64,000 nt of DNA, taken from Vicugna vicugna (Eukaryota). The notes beneath the pieces were generated by a model. It saw nothing but the letters and a program-made list of their open reading frames with translations. It was not told the origin of the DNA and searched no databases. Of this stretch, positions 1 through 13,446 are shown piece after piece (positions within the stretch are counted from its first letter, which is position 1; each line of letters opens with the position of its first letter). Position numbers and translations under genes: made by a program. The stretch lies in NCBI GenBank assembly GCA_013265495.1, contig MU058257.1, forward strand, positions 1,691,262-1,755,261, given 5' to 3'.

Positions 1-2334
1 CTATCACTCATAAGAGCGTTATTATTATTCAGATCAGTAAAAACTTGAAAAAGTAACTTACTTAGGAATTCATTTCTCTCATTTCAGACTTGATACGGTT
101 TTCTCGCTGTAAGCTAGGAGACCGGCGGGTTGGAGAAGCCGGACAATCTCACGGCTGAGGAAGGGGAGTGACCCCGGGGCCCGGCCGCGGGCAGGAACAC
201 CGCAGCGTGGCTGGACGCGCTTCTGCCACTCCGCTGCTCAAAACTAAGCCTCCTCTTGCTGGTTTACGTTCACTGGGGCCTGCAGGCAGGACTCGCGCCT
301 CTCTCCCGGCACTCAGACCACGGCCTCCTCTCCGGCTCACGGAGAACAGAGCGGAGGTTTACTCCTCGGACAGTCTCCGCTCGGGGGAGGTGGGGGCAGC
401 GCAGAGCCGGGGGACACGGGCTGTCAGTGAAGGCTGGGTGGTCGGAGCTCGGGGTGTGAGGGACCCAGGGTGGGCACCATCAATTTGGAAGAACAACCTA
501 CACTTAATGACGACTACATTTAAACCACTATTTCCAACCAGCACCAGAAACAGTGCACAGTCCCCTCTGTCAGGAAGAGGTACGTGTGGGGAGGCTCTGG
601 GACCTACTACACAAACACACACGTCACTGAAGGAAGCCTGGGCCTCCGCACTCCTCGCACACGGCTCTGCTCAAGGCCAGAAGAGCTCACGAGGAGGAGT
701 GAGTGATCCCAGCAGTCAATAAAGACAGGCCACCCAGCCGCGGAGCCCCCACGAAGGCAAGAGGGGACAGCAAGAGGACGCGGCCCTAGAACAAGTCAGA
801 CCCAGCTTTCACCCCGGCCCCTCGGACATGGGGCACCTGGGATGTCTAATCGGGTGAGTAGTCACCTACAAGAAAGCCTTCACCTTTAATGGTGGGAAAC
901 AGGGCAGTGTCCCCAGAACTCGTGAGCAAGACAAGGCTGCCATCACCCCATTCCCTCAGCCTGGTGCTGAGGTCCACCCATGGGACGAGGCATGAAGAAT
1001 AAAAGGTGCAAGGACTGCAGAGGAGGAGTAAAAGTTACCTACAGAAAACACGTGGACCGTTTGAAAAGAACAGGTCAAGTGCTGGGGGCGTGTGGAGCAA
1101 GAACACCCACACCTCCACCCACAGACATGCGCAGAGTGCCCGCGGCCGCGCTCAGGGCTGTGTGAGCCCAGGGCCGGAGGGCGGCCTGCGTGGTTGCCCC
1201 CCAACTCCCCGCCCAGGCAGCAAGAGGCCGACGGACAAGAACTGGAAACAAACAAACTGGAAAGCACCAGAAGGCAGACCCCTTCTGTGATCACATGACC
1301 AGCAACTGTCAGCAGGGTCGAGGACAAAGCCGCCTCCGCGAGAATCCTTTCCTTGGCGGAAGTTCTAAACAACTGTTACGGTTACTATCAAGTTTTAACT
1401 TTAAAGTTCAAATGAGCATATTCTGTGGCTTACGCCTTAGTAAACACTGTTTTTCACCCAGAGGGTAATCAGAGAACCCAGGAAAGAGTCTCCCACGGCC
1501 ACCGCAAACTCAGCTACCAGACTCGTCTGGGTAAGGTCCTAACCCTTAGACGCCCCTCGTGCTTGCATGGGCCCAGGTGGCCTCGCCGTCCCTGAGGAGC
1601 TGCCAGGCAGCAACGCTAAGACAAGTGGTTGCAACGAGAGAGAAACACAACAGAGCCGCTGCAGTCTGTCAGTCCCCGTGGGCCCTTGGACTTTTCCTTT
1701 GGGCTGGAACATCTTCAACTGTGGGGCCTTCCTCTGAAACCCGCTAGGATGATTTCCAGGGAAACAGAGACACTGCACTTCTCGGAATTTATTGTGAAAT
1801 GGAATTTTTATGACTCTCTGCCAGATGTATCTTTATGTTTAAGACTCACCCTAACCAATTACTTCTACAGAGGGTGTTGCTTTATGTGAGAGAAAATTTT
1901 CAAAATTAACATTATAAAAAAGAAGTTGCTCTTTGTTGAAATATAAAGACAGGCTGACAAATCTGGCTATCCCATCTACTGAATGTGAATATACAAACAG
2001 ACAAACTTTGACAAGGCAACTGATCAAACTGGAGAAGGCTCACAACCAGAAGCCACACTACAGTTACTCATGACCGTGACAGACCAACGTGCAGGTATAC
2101 ACGGCTCACTTTTTGGGAAAACAAGATTTCAACATAAGTAAAAACTACTCCTCCATTTCTTCTTCCCTTTTTGGGCGTGTGTGTAGATTCTAATACTCAT
2201 TTTCCTGACTGACATGATTAAATATTGGAGATTCACTAAAGGAAAACTTTCGTTGCATTTCTTCTCTGGAGGTTATTATTTTGTGTCTCAAGTCATAGTA
2301 ACTAATGAAAGTAATTCTGTTGGATAGCAGGGTG

Positions 2335-2845
2335 CTGTAAGAAGACCCATGCTGGTGTCAAAGACGTTAGGTGCCCCCGTAACAGGGAGTACCCCCAAAC
2401 TGGGAAAACTCCAAATGTCCTCAGCAGCAGAATGGATAAAAGAAGCCGGGGCCCAACCCTGCAACAGGACGCGGCCCCAAGGGAACCACTGCTCCGAGCC
2501 AACAACGCGGAAAAACCTCACGGACTTAGCAACAAGCAAGTGAAGTCAGAGACAACAGAGGGGAAGGTCTGATCTCACTTCTGAGAAGCTCAAGAACAGG
2601 AAAAAACACGCACAGTGATTGGTCAGAGCAGAGGGCAGGGGACTGTCCGTTGGCAAAATGGGTCCAAGGAGCCCGGGGGCACGGGAACCATGCCAGGTCC
2701 CAATCTGGGTGGCAGTCACCCGGGTCCGTAAAGACATACAAGTTCTCAGCCCTTCACTACACACACACGCGTCAATGCTTAAAGGCCTTTTCTACTGCCC
2801 ACATTATGCCTACAATTAACAGGAAAAGGTTAAAAAAAAATAAAA
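2335..2845 (+). mobile_element. Old LINE-1 3' end (L1MC/L1ME-like), degraded
   Basis: aaactgggaaaactccaaatgtcctcagcagcagaatggataaa ... aacaacgcggaaaaacctcac ... ctcaagaacaggaaaaa ... caatctgggtggcagtcac follows the order of old L1 3'UTR motifs and ends in an A-rich tail. Confidence 0.7.
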
Positions 2846-3762
2846 TGTATAGCCAAGATCCTTAGTACTTAAAAAATTGTTAAGTGTTTAAAGCAGCGGA
2901 CAATGCCTTAGCTTTTACATTTCAAAATGTTGTATCCTTTAATGAGACAGTTGGGTAGAAAGAGACTCGTGGAAAGAAAAAAGAACAGTCAGGAACCGGA
3001 GCAGCAAGCGGGTGTCAGAACTCAGCAGAACCGGCAGGACCTGCGAGAGTGCATCTGAGAAATAACTGTTGTGCTGTGACAATCACTCTGCTGGCAGCTC
3101 ATCAGGGTGTCCCGGAGCAAGGCCACCCACCTCCACAGGCACGGTGTAAGTGAGAGAGGCCTGCCTGCCATCTCTGCCGCTCTGCTAACGAAGTTGCATC
3201 CTCGCTTCCGTCCACGCTCATCTCTGCCCTCGGTGGCAACGTGCCCTTGGCAGGGGAGACCCGACATCTCCAGAACCCCAGGGGTTACCACTCCTTGCCT
3301 GATGACAACATGAACTTGCCTGGGTCTGATCAGCAAAGACGGTGCCTTCTGCTTAATTCCCTCCAAAATACGACCAAAAAGAAGGCAGGCAAGAGCAAGG
3401 GAGCACCGGAAACAGGCACTTCAGGACTGGACAAGTCTCCCTGCGCTTGGGGACAGCGGCTCCCAAGTGAGCCGGAGCTCAGAACTGCGAACGGAACCTC
3501 TAACCAGCACTCGGCAAAGAGCGGGGGCGCCCACCGCTCCCTTCAGACCAGAAGTGGGGACAGTGTGTGAGCTCGGCAGACGGGGAAGGGGAGCAGAGGG
3601 GAGAGAAAGCGCGGAAAGAGCGCAAAGGAAAGTGCACCAGGAAGCACACAGGCTCCAGGCAGTGGTCAAGGGCACAGAGAAGACCGCCGACAGGCCGCCC
3701 ATTGCATGGTGCCCGCCTCCTGGAGGGCAGGTGGCCAAAGGCGCCTTCAGTCCCAGCCACCT

Positions 3763-3882
3763 GAGAGAGAGAGAAAGAGAGAGAAAGGAAGGAGGAAGGA
3801 AGGAAGGAAGGAAGGAAAGGGGAGGGGAGAGAGAGAGAGAGAAAGAAAGAGAGAAAGAAAAGAAGAAAAAGAAAAGAAAAAA
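3763..3882 (+). repeat. 120-nt pure-purine compound microsatellite (GA)n/(GGAA)n/(GAAA)n
   Basis: Directly visible; no pyrimidine between 3763 and 3882. Confidence 0.95.
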
Positions 3883-6800
3883 CACCTAGCCTCCCACCCC
3901 CCAAAGAACCTGTTTTCTTTGAAATCTTACCAGAGAAGTGGATTCCCTCATTTCACAAAACAGGCCCCAAAGCAGAGGGCAAACACCCCACGAACGGCAC
4001 CTCTGGGGGAGCTACGGAACTTTGAGCAGCCAGTCCACACACAAAGTAGCTTCTTGCTGGGCCTGCCAGTTCCCATAGGCAGGCGGGCAGGCGTCCATGG
4101 GCATGTGCTGCGTGGCGGCATGGGAACCCCAAACGTGGGCAGAGCCACCAAGAGCCAGGGAAGAGGGAGGCCGGGGCTGCGGACAACACGCCCAGTCCCG
4201 CACGCTCCAGCAAGACTTCTCACAGCTGGTGGGTGGGCCTCCAGGGCCTGGGGGGCAAAGAAGTCAGTGGTGCCCTCGGGCCAGCTTGGCCGGCACCACT
4301 GGGATGTGGGAGGCGCTGTCCAGACTCGTGCACAGATGCCTTATTTCGTGGTAAGTGTGCGTCAGCACAAACGTCCGCCTTTGGGGGCCTAGAGCCCAAG
4401 TTCCTTGAAAGGCAGGACTGAGTTTTCTGCGTTTTACGGATTTTGAAACTGACAGCGCCTCACCCTCTCGCACCCGTAAATGCATTACTCCAGACACATT
4501 AAAACCATAAAAATATTCCATCGTTGCACAGATAAACTCACAGCACATGCAATCCATGTTTGCAAACAACCCTCCAGGGCGTACACGGGTGTGCCAGGTA
4601 CCAGCATATCTCAGCCGCATCGAAATACACGTGTGAAAGCATCTCCAGGATGAGGCTTCAGGCAGGGGCTCTGTGCCGACAAGAGGAATCTTAACGCGGA
4701 ACAGCCAGAAGACCAGGTGAATAACTGAGTAGCTTCCTGGGACCATCAGGAGGGAAGAGAGGATGGACGGAAAATGAACAGATGAAAGAAAGGGACCCTC
4801 AGTGTTTTACACAAACTCCAACAACCACACAATCCCGGACGGCGGATGTCCGAGGTGACGTCTGCCTTTACAGCCCTTTTCTGTTCTGAATGTGTAGAGA
4901 AAGGGGAGGAAAGGTAAATTCATCTTTTGGCCCCTGTCAGACCAGAACCTGTGTGTCTGGCACCCTCGGAGCTCATTCTGCAGCCAGGGGGCCGGGGGTC
5001 ACCAGTAAGGGGAACCCGGTTGCGAGACCTAGGACGGATGGAGCGAGGCCAACCCCGTCTGCTCGGCCCTCGAGCACCTGACTCTGAAAGCTGCAGGTGC
5101 TCCTCCCTGGTGGGTCCGAGGGGCCCCGGCTGGGTGTAGGCTCTGCCGGCTCGGCCTGACGCAGCGGCCTCTGAGCCGGGCGCCCCGCACGCTCACCCTG
5201 CCCCAGTGCCGGCCCAGTCCAGGGTGCAAGTCTGTTTGTTCTCAGGAAGGTGCTCCCGTCTCTGCCTGCCACCCGGACCCTCCGTGTGCAGACACGGCAG
5301 CCGGGCTAGGCTGTGTCCCTGTTCCACACAACAGAGAGAAGCAGCGCACAGCGCTGTGGGGACAGGACTCCGGATGCAGGCAGTACCAGCAGACCCCACC
5401 TTCCAGGACAGCGGGGACAGCAAATGGACCACATGACGACGTGTGTTAAACTAAGGAAAGGAGGCTTGTCAGCACCAAGAACAAACAGGAGGAAAGTTCC
5501 AAGGAGCTAGAACTTTCAGGCTGAACGGCATTCACTCACTCAGGAATCCTCACGGAGCTCTGAGAACACTCGAGAGCCGCCAGGAAGGAGGCTTTTTGGC
5601 TGTGGGGGTGGGGGTGGGGGGTCTATTTTGTTTCACGTCATGACCTTCACTGACTATAAAACGAAAAGGGCTGAGCTCCGTATATGATTGACTCTAGGTT
5701 TTATAAAGTGCTCTGCCCAACAGAAGGGTCAGAAAGTCCCCATAGCTTCTGGTTACTGAAAACATACAAGGCTTCTTTGTATCTGCAAATCCAACTGGCT
5801 CGGCTGTGTGTGTGTTGATAGCAAACTTCAAAATTTTTCATCTCTTCATGATTCAAACAAGTCAGAAGCACCCAGGGAAACACATCCATGTGAGATGGGG
5901 TGGGGGGGAGAAGTGGTTCTCTTTTTTTTTCTAAAAAGGCCTACTTGCTGAAAACACTCTGGCCCCTGAACAATTTAGGAGAGCTGGAATCAGTCTATTT
6001 CCATGACATTTGCTCTAAAAAACGAAAGAAACGTATCAATCTAGAATTAGGCACAAGGACCAGTTTATCCTTACACTCATTACTCAATGCTTACCTGGAA
6101 GTAAAACCCTGCAGTGGCTGGGAAAATGATTTATAACTTTTACAGGTATTTTGTGTTTACTAGTTACTTGTAAAACAGGAGGTAACACTAGTATGAATGT
6201 TTTCCATCACAATTTTGTTCCTTGTAACAGACATTTTAACATAATTTGGCCTAACAACTAAGTCAGCTTACTGTTAAACAGCTGCAGTTCTCAACACGCC
6301 GGCCAGAACGTGAGGCAGCCCCAGGAACACAGACACCCACTGAGGAAGCACCCCCCTTGCCGAGGCGTCGTCCGAACAAGCGGAAGGCAGAGCAGACGAC
6401 ACCCCAGCCGTCGCCGGGCACACGGGCCTCCTGCAGGGGCTGAGGCAAAGCTCAAGGGGGCAACTCCAGGTTTTCCTGATGACTTTTCTAATTTAATTTC
6501 AAGTACGGCCAGAAAAATTAACTCGGCAAATCACAAAATTAATGCCATTTCCAGAAATTCTTCCTTATGAACTTCAAACAGGGCAATCATAATAAAATCA
6601 CAGGAGGTCCAGACAAAAAATTTAGACCCTGGCCCAGCCACGAGAATTCCACTCCTGAGGTCCCTACACAACTGTGCACAATGAGATCAGACGCCAGCAG
6701 CTGAAGACTGATACGTGTATTTTAATCCATGTGTATGAAGATGGGAAACAAATTCAATGCCTGATGTTTCAAATAAAGTATTTCAAATAAAGTACACACC

Positions 6801-9800
6801 AAACAGCAGTGTGTAAGCTACACATAAACACAGGTACCAGCCTGATATACGTGTATTGAAGTGTGTTACTCACCCAAGAGTTCTACAGCTATATTTAAAA
6901 TGCATCAAAAATATAAAATTTAAAAACATATAAAATCTTTTTCCAAATACCCTCAAATCCTTAAACATACAGACTCTTCCCCCATCGGTCAGAGAGAAAT
7001 GATCCCTTAGGAAGAGAACAAGCATGATTTCTAAATAGGAACACAAAGGCCTAAGACAACATCACATGTAAACAGTTTTCAGCCCCTCATACACTTTTTG
7101 CAAATGGTCCCCGTGGACCTGTGAGAGCATCCATGGTGCGAGAGCGATGGTGTGGGGTGGCGCGGGAGCCGCCTGCACCCTTGGACCAGCCGTGGGAAAG
7201 GGGGGTGATTAATGTCCTTATCAGGAAGACTGGGGCGACGGCTCCCACCCCAGAGGCCAGGAGTGGGGTTTAATGCCACAGTGGACGCGGAAAGCTTCCT
7301 AGTTCTGGTGCAGAGCCCTGGGCACGGTGAACGGAACCTATTACCTACTGTCAGTCATCACAGCCACGTGGCAAGGTGGGCACCTGTGGTCTCCCCACAG
7401 GAGAGGTGAGGGCCTGAGACACTCAGTTTCTGACCCGCAAAATGGCTGAGCAACCATGGGCTGGAGACCAGCTGGCGGGAGGTGACCACATACCTGGCCA
7501 GCCAACCGAGGACACAGTGCCAATGAATCCCAGATAAAAATTCAACGTAATTCATCTTTCAAGTTAACGTACATAACTCTTCAAGCAGCCATCAAACCTG
7601 AATCCACACAGGTGACAACAATTCAACCAAGGTCCTTACAGTACAAATATTAATACATACTCACACAGAAAATCCATCTCACAAATTAACTTCTTTTCTG
7701 AATGCAAAGGCATGCTCAGAACCCACCCACAACTGCTCAAGCACTTCAGGTGTTTTAAGTCATTAACAGAAGCTTACTTTTCCACTCTTATAAAAACACA
7801 TGAAGCACAGCAAAGTGAACAGTACACGAGGAAGCCGGCATGCATGGTGACTAGTGTGTGCACTCGTGTGCTGCCGGCTACCCGCTTGCTTTCTGACGCA
7901 GCTCAGTGTTCACCTTCCCAAGGTCTAATCTGTGAAACCCAAAGATGCAGGAAACCTTATTTTCATTAGAGGGAGGTCCCAAAACATTTTTATGGCTTGA
8001 AATTTGAGCTCAGCAACATCTGTGCAATTACAAAGTATATCTTGCAGGAGTAACAGGGCTATGTATCGTCAGCACATACCAGTAGCCAATGTTAAAATCA
8101 TTAAGTTTTATCTAATTACAATCCACTCTCTGAAATGCACGTAGTCCAGCTCACAATTAATCATAATTATCCAGCGCCACAGCACCGGGAGGATGAGCCA
8201 GTGTGTGGCCTTCTTCCCTCTTCTGCCCATTACAGAAACAGAAAGAAAACTCAGACAATATGGCACCGCAGGAAAAGGGCAAACAAATTCATTTCCTGGA
8301 GAACAAAAGAAGGTTTAAAAAATGGTTGTCTGCCCAGTGCTCTCTGGGGATCAGCTTCCAAGTTTCTGAGTTTATGGAGGAAACCACTGAGTGTCAGTCA
8401 CTGTGCAAAACATTATCTTTCATCTTTTCCTAAAACCTTGGTTAACTCTTATTTTAAATTTGCTTTTTAAAATTACGCTGCACCCCAAGCTGCATTTTAT
8501 GATGCTTGGCTAATCAGGAACCAGCATGTACAAATCACCACAAACCAGGGCCATCACTGAGAACACACTCCTCAGAAGGTTCTGTACTGGGACAAGTGTG
8601 CAAGACAGAAGCGTGTTAACACCCACACTCACACGCACACTCGTGCACACACTCATCCAGTAGAGCACAGCTGCTCTACTGGGTCCAGCTTTCACGGGCT
8701 GACAGCTCAGTGTGGAAAGAGGACGAAAAATGTTTCTCCTTCTTCCCAGAAGCAGCGCTCGTGGTACCTGAGGCCGGCCAGCAGGTGGCGCTGCAGCTGT
8801 GACCGCTACCCTCTGACCAAGAGCCAGGGGAGCTGAAGCCCTGGGACCGCAAATGTGAGTCAGGCAGGAGGTTCCCCGACAGAAGCCCGAGAGAAAAGAG
8901 GCAAAAACGACACAGTTCAAGGAAAATCAGGGTGAGGCCCCCCGCTCAGAAGTGTGCTGTTGAGGGAGAAGGAAGCCACACAGGGACAGCCCGTCTGTTC
9001 AGTCCTCTGCGGGCTCCGACCGCCTCTTGAAATCCTGCCCTAAATGCCCAACATGCGTTTTGAAAACAAAGTTAATACTGGTTAATATTGTTACCTTTTT
9101 TGAAAAGAAAGTTCATTTTTTTCGAGGTGGAGCACAGTCAGTTCACAGTGCTATGTCAGTGCCTGCTGCACAGCATCGTGGTTCAGTCACACATACACGC
9201 ATTTTCAAAGCTTTTTAAAGCAACTTTCGTGTCCATGTATGACTGAAAAATTGCGCTGAACATTGGAATTTGACACATTGTAAAATGAGGATAAATCAAT
9301 AAAAAATGTTTAAAAAATAAAAATTTAAAAAAAGCACCTTTCGATTCGCCTGCAGATAACCTAGCACTGAGGCCCACAACCGTATCATATCAACTCTCTG
9401 CTTCACGGGCCAGGCAGAGCACATGGGGGACAGTCCTCCCGGGCTGGCTCTGCGCTGAGCTCAGGGCACGGACAGCCACCTTCAGAGTGCGGGGCTCCCC
9501 TCAGGGACTGAAAGCCCAACAGATTACCCTTAGACCTTCAGGTTTTTATCTTTAACTTCTTAGTTTAGGTAAAACTGTGAGAGGTAAAAGTTTAAAAACA
9601 CACACACACAACTTAGCTTGAAAATTTTAAAAAGGAAAACATCTGACAGTATCAGCTACCGCTTCCCTGTAAACACCGGTGCTCAGCTGTACACCTGGTG
9701 CAGAATTCTGTTATTACAACAGAGGATCCTTAAGACTAGGACCTTCTTAAACCCTAGCCCTGGTCTAAATAACGAAAAGAAGGGAAAAGGGCATAATTCC

Positions 9801-10689
9801 TCTATTATTTCCTCTAAATTTCAGGCTTCCTAATCTTAAATTTTGGTTTTAAAATATTAAGGACTTAACCCTCAATTCTGTCTGTAAGCAGCCGATGGCA
9901 CTGCCCTGAATGATCTGCAGACAAAGCCCTGTATGAAATCCACGCCCTTTGACAAGCCTGCCCAGCAGCCCAGGACGCACAGCGCCCGGCTCTCCAGACA
10001 TTCTGAGCCTCGTCTGAAGGTTCAGCAGCTCCTTCAAAAGCTGAAATACATTCCTTTCCCACCCCACTTAAAATAGCTTTTCTCAGCTCTTGGTGACACC
10101 CCGGGACATCTTACAGCAGTGAAGCCAGTGTGTGAGAACACTGCCGTGACATGACTGAGCCGGGGGGGGGGGCACGTGACCGCTCTGCAATGGGGGACGG
10201 GGCCCCGCAAACCTCTGTGTCCAATGGGAGAGGACGGGCCCCAAACGAGCCAAATGCATGTGTAAATCAGCAAACACACGAGCTGCAGGCAAGACTGCCA
10301 ATGTCTTTTGGCTGATACCTCCCTGCTGGGCTCTGTCCAACCAGGCCTCCAAAAGGTGGAATTCTCATGTCTGAGATCCCATCCTTCCCGCGGGCCCCAC
10401 GCCCTGTCCGGCGGGGACACCTTCCTAATACGTGTGTGCCTCACACTCACGTCTCCCTCCACTCTCGGCCACACGGCCACACCAGTGCTGGGTGCCATCT
10501 GAGGTCAACCACACTGTGACCTCAGCCTCCTTCCTTGTCCCTGCTTCTCCAAGGTTTCCTCATGGTCCCAGGCACACCTCCGCCTTCCAGGGCCAGCCCC
10601 CCACCCCCGCGCTCCACAGCCCCCGTGGTGCCCCGTCCGCCAACATATTTCTGCAGACCCCTTACAGTTAGGCCCAACCGCCCCTCCCA

Positions 10690-10760
10690 GAAGGTCAAGG
10701 ACGACCCCGGCACCCACAGCGCCTACTGGCACTCAGGTATTCACTGAGTGAACGAATGGC
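10690..10760 (+). mobile_element. LINE-2 3' end fragment
   Basis: cccggcacccacag...ggcactcaggtattcactgagtgaacgaatg resembles the L2 3' terminus with its (GAAT)n tail. Confidence 0.4.
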
Positions 10761-11194
10761 TTAAATTTCCTGAATTTCATTGTATACATTTATAATTTGT
10801 TATTTGCTAAATTTCATTTTTTAATTTTTATCTCACTACCAAGAGAAGGCTGGGAATACCCAGGCCGGTGGGGAGGGGGGGCCTCTCTCTCTGGTGACCT
10901 GAACATTGTCATGGAAATAGAAGATGCTCAAATATTTAACGGAGTCTCAGAATACAAATAGCATTTTAGAATCATCTGGTTTAACTGCCCATTAGAAGTC
11001 TCTGAGTGCCTTCCACTGCATTTCCACCCCTCACTCACAGCTGGAAGTCCCTCCCTCCCCAGGCAGCTCACAGCAATGTCAGGGGCTCTGGCTCAGGACG
11101 ACTTTCCTAACGCAGGACCCCAGCTCCTCCCTGGCATCGAGCAGAGCTAATTTCTCTGTTTCTGCGTGCCAGACAACTGACTGCTGGGTTTATG

Positions 11195-11280
11195 CCTTCA
11201 TTTATTCATTCATCAAACACCTCCCAGCTACCTGCCATGAGCTCCTACCCCCACACCAGGCACCAGGCGACAGAACACGC
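11195..11280 (-). mobile_element. LINE-2 3' end fragment
   Basis: ttcatttattcattcatcaaacacctcccagctacctgccatg...ccaggcaccagg is the reverse complement of an L2 tail. Confidence 0.45.
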
Positions 11281-12949
11281 CCACCACCCCGCAACGAGAC
11301 CACGGGCCTCCCTCCTGTGGGGCAAAAACCAGCAGAAAAGAATGTTCAGAGGACCACACACGAGACACGGCCCCAGTTCACCCACCACGCACACGGTGCA
11401 TGGTCTTGCCTCCCGCTGTCACTGCGGCTTCTCCTTCTCAAATGCCACCAGCTTATTAGAGGAAAATAAAAATCAAGCCAAGGGGACCCAAGCGCGCGCG
11501 CTCACACCAGGTGTCTGTCTCAACATCCACGTGCTGCGTGCGCTCAGTGTCCAGAGCTCCCCTGAACGCAGTGCTTGCGTGATAAGACGGCGACCGTCAG
11601 AGCAGACCTGACCGCTCCGGGCCGCGTTCACTGAACACATGCTATGTAACCATGCAGCTAAACCAAGATAGTTTTCTGCCACCCTTTAAGACTTTATCCT
11701 TTGAACAATTATGTTCAGTTTTGAATAACTTAAATCTTCAACTTTAATTGTGAACAAGGCATTTGAATTTAAAACCTCTGGGAGAAGGGAAACCAAGAGC
11801 CACATCTCCACCGTTAACCAGAGGAGCAGAACGCATTTCGGCAGGACACGTCTCAGCAAAAGGAAGCACCCCGTCCACTCTGCAAACCCACGCTCTCCAC
11901 CCTGGGGACAGGCTGCCGGCTGGATTCACGTGCCCCTCGCCCCCGAATCAGCCTGCAGGCCACCACTGTCACTGCCAGGCTTCATGTCACCTCCCCAGGA
12001 AACGGACAGTCCTTTGGTGAGAAACTGTCCCATGACTACTGGCACCTCCGGCAGACGTCTGTGCCCTCCTGTCGGAGTCAGGAACCCGTGGGGTAGAGGA
12101 CGCAGCTTCCACCTAGTAAGCGTGACATGTGGACCTTGTCCCCTCGTGTGGGGAAAGAGGGGCTGTTTGAAAAGAAACTGGGTAGAAGCCACAAAGAAAA
12201 GGATGTGGTGTGCCTAAGGGCTGAGTTCTCTGCTCAAAGCCACAAAACGGGAATAAACAGTCTTGGTGTGTATATACAAAACTGAACCAAGTAAGCCACG
12301 TCATCTCAGCCCGGGGAGGTCCCTGCGAGGTCACAAAGTCAGCAAGGCGCCCCCTGCGAGGATGGCGCCGAGCCTGGGGGGACCCAGTGGAGGCCAGCCC
12401 AGGGGCCCGGGAGCCGGGGGCAGGGCTCTGTGACACCCCTCCACCAGCATCCACCGCAAAGGACGATGGTCAGGACGTGTAAAGCCGAAACCCCGCCCGC
12501 ACAGCCCCTCTGGGAGGCGGGGGCTGCTCACTCCGCCCTGATGTCAGGGTGGGCAGGGCCAGGGGCACCATCCGAGGGACGTCAGTCCTCGGGGCTGTGG
12601 GTCAGTAGCCCTGAGCTCTGGGCCATGAAAGTTACAGAGGGTGACCTCACGTGGAGTCCCCAGTCCTTGGCCGGGCTCAGCCACTAAGTCAGGGAAAGGC
12701 CCGTGGCAGGTGCAGACTCACACGCAGGTGACCTGGTTTAGCGCCCGCGCGGATACTGGGCAGCAGGAGAAATCCAAGCTTAGTTATTTTCACTGACTTA
12801 ACCTGGGGGTGGGGGTGGGGTGTTTCGCTGTGAGTTTCGGAAACAGCAGTACCAAGGAGTTTCAAAGTAAGATGCTCCAGTTTACCAGAGCCCTGTTTCA
12901 GTCTGGGGATCGACACTTAAGCCTGAATTAGGACAGACAGCGGGAGAGT

Positions 12950-13446
12950 ACTTCTTTGACCCAGGGATTATTTAAAAGCATGCTGCTTACTTTCCACACG
13001 TATTGAGAATTTTTCAAATCTTTGTTACATATTTCTAGGTTAATTCCACTGTGGAACATACAGTATATGATATCAATCCTTTAAAATTTGTTGAGATTTT
13101 GCTTTTTGGCTTAGCACATGTTCTATTTTGGTAAAAGTTCCATGCACGCTTGAAAAGAATGTACATTCTGCAGTTGTTGGGAAAATGTTCTATAAACAGC
13201 AACAAGTCAACTTGGTTAACAGCACTGTTTAAATGTTCTATCACCTTAATGACTGTTGAAAATCTGCCTGTGATGTACTAGTGGTTTAAAGAAGGTTGTT
13301 AAATTCTCCAACTATGATTTGTCTATTTTTCCTTTTTGTCCTGTCAATTTTAGCTTTACATATTTTAAAGTTAGCTGTTAGGGACACATCAATTTAGAAC
13401 TGTTCTGTCTTCCTATTGAACTGACCCTTTATCATTATAAAACGTC
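12950..13446 (-). mobile_element. Old LINE-1 internal fragment (ORF2 endonuclease region)
   Basis: gttccatgcacgcttgaaaagaatgtacattctgcagttgttggg; the minus-strand translation (ORF 13035-13244, ...IEHLNSAVNQVDLL...YILFKRAWNF) resembles degraded L1 EN 'DLNNTINQLDL..IYRTLHP...YTFFSSAHGTF'. Confidence 0.85.

Noticed and set aside
3421..4392. ORFs with charged or F/L/S-rich stretches
   Set aside because: Translations of the purine microsatellite.
5604..5621. G-run cluster (also 12805-12820) as a G-quadruplex
   Set aside because: Only three G tracts; unremarkable at this GC content.
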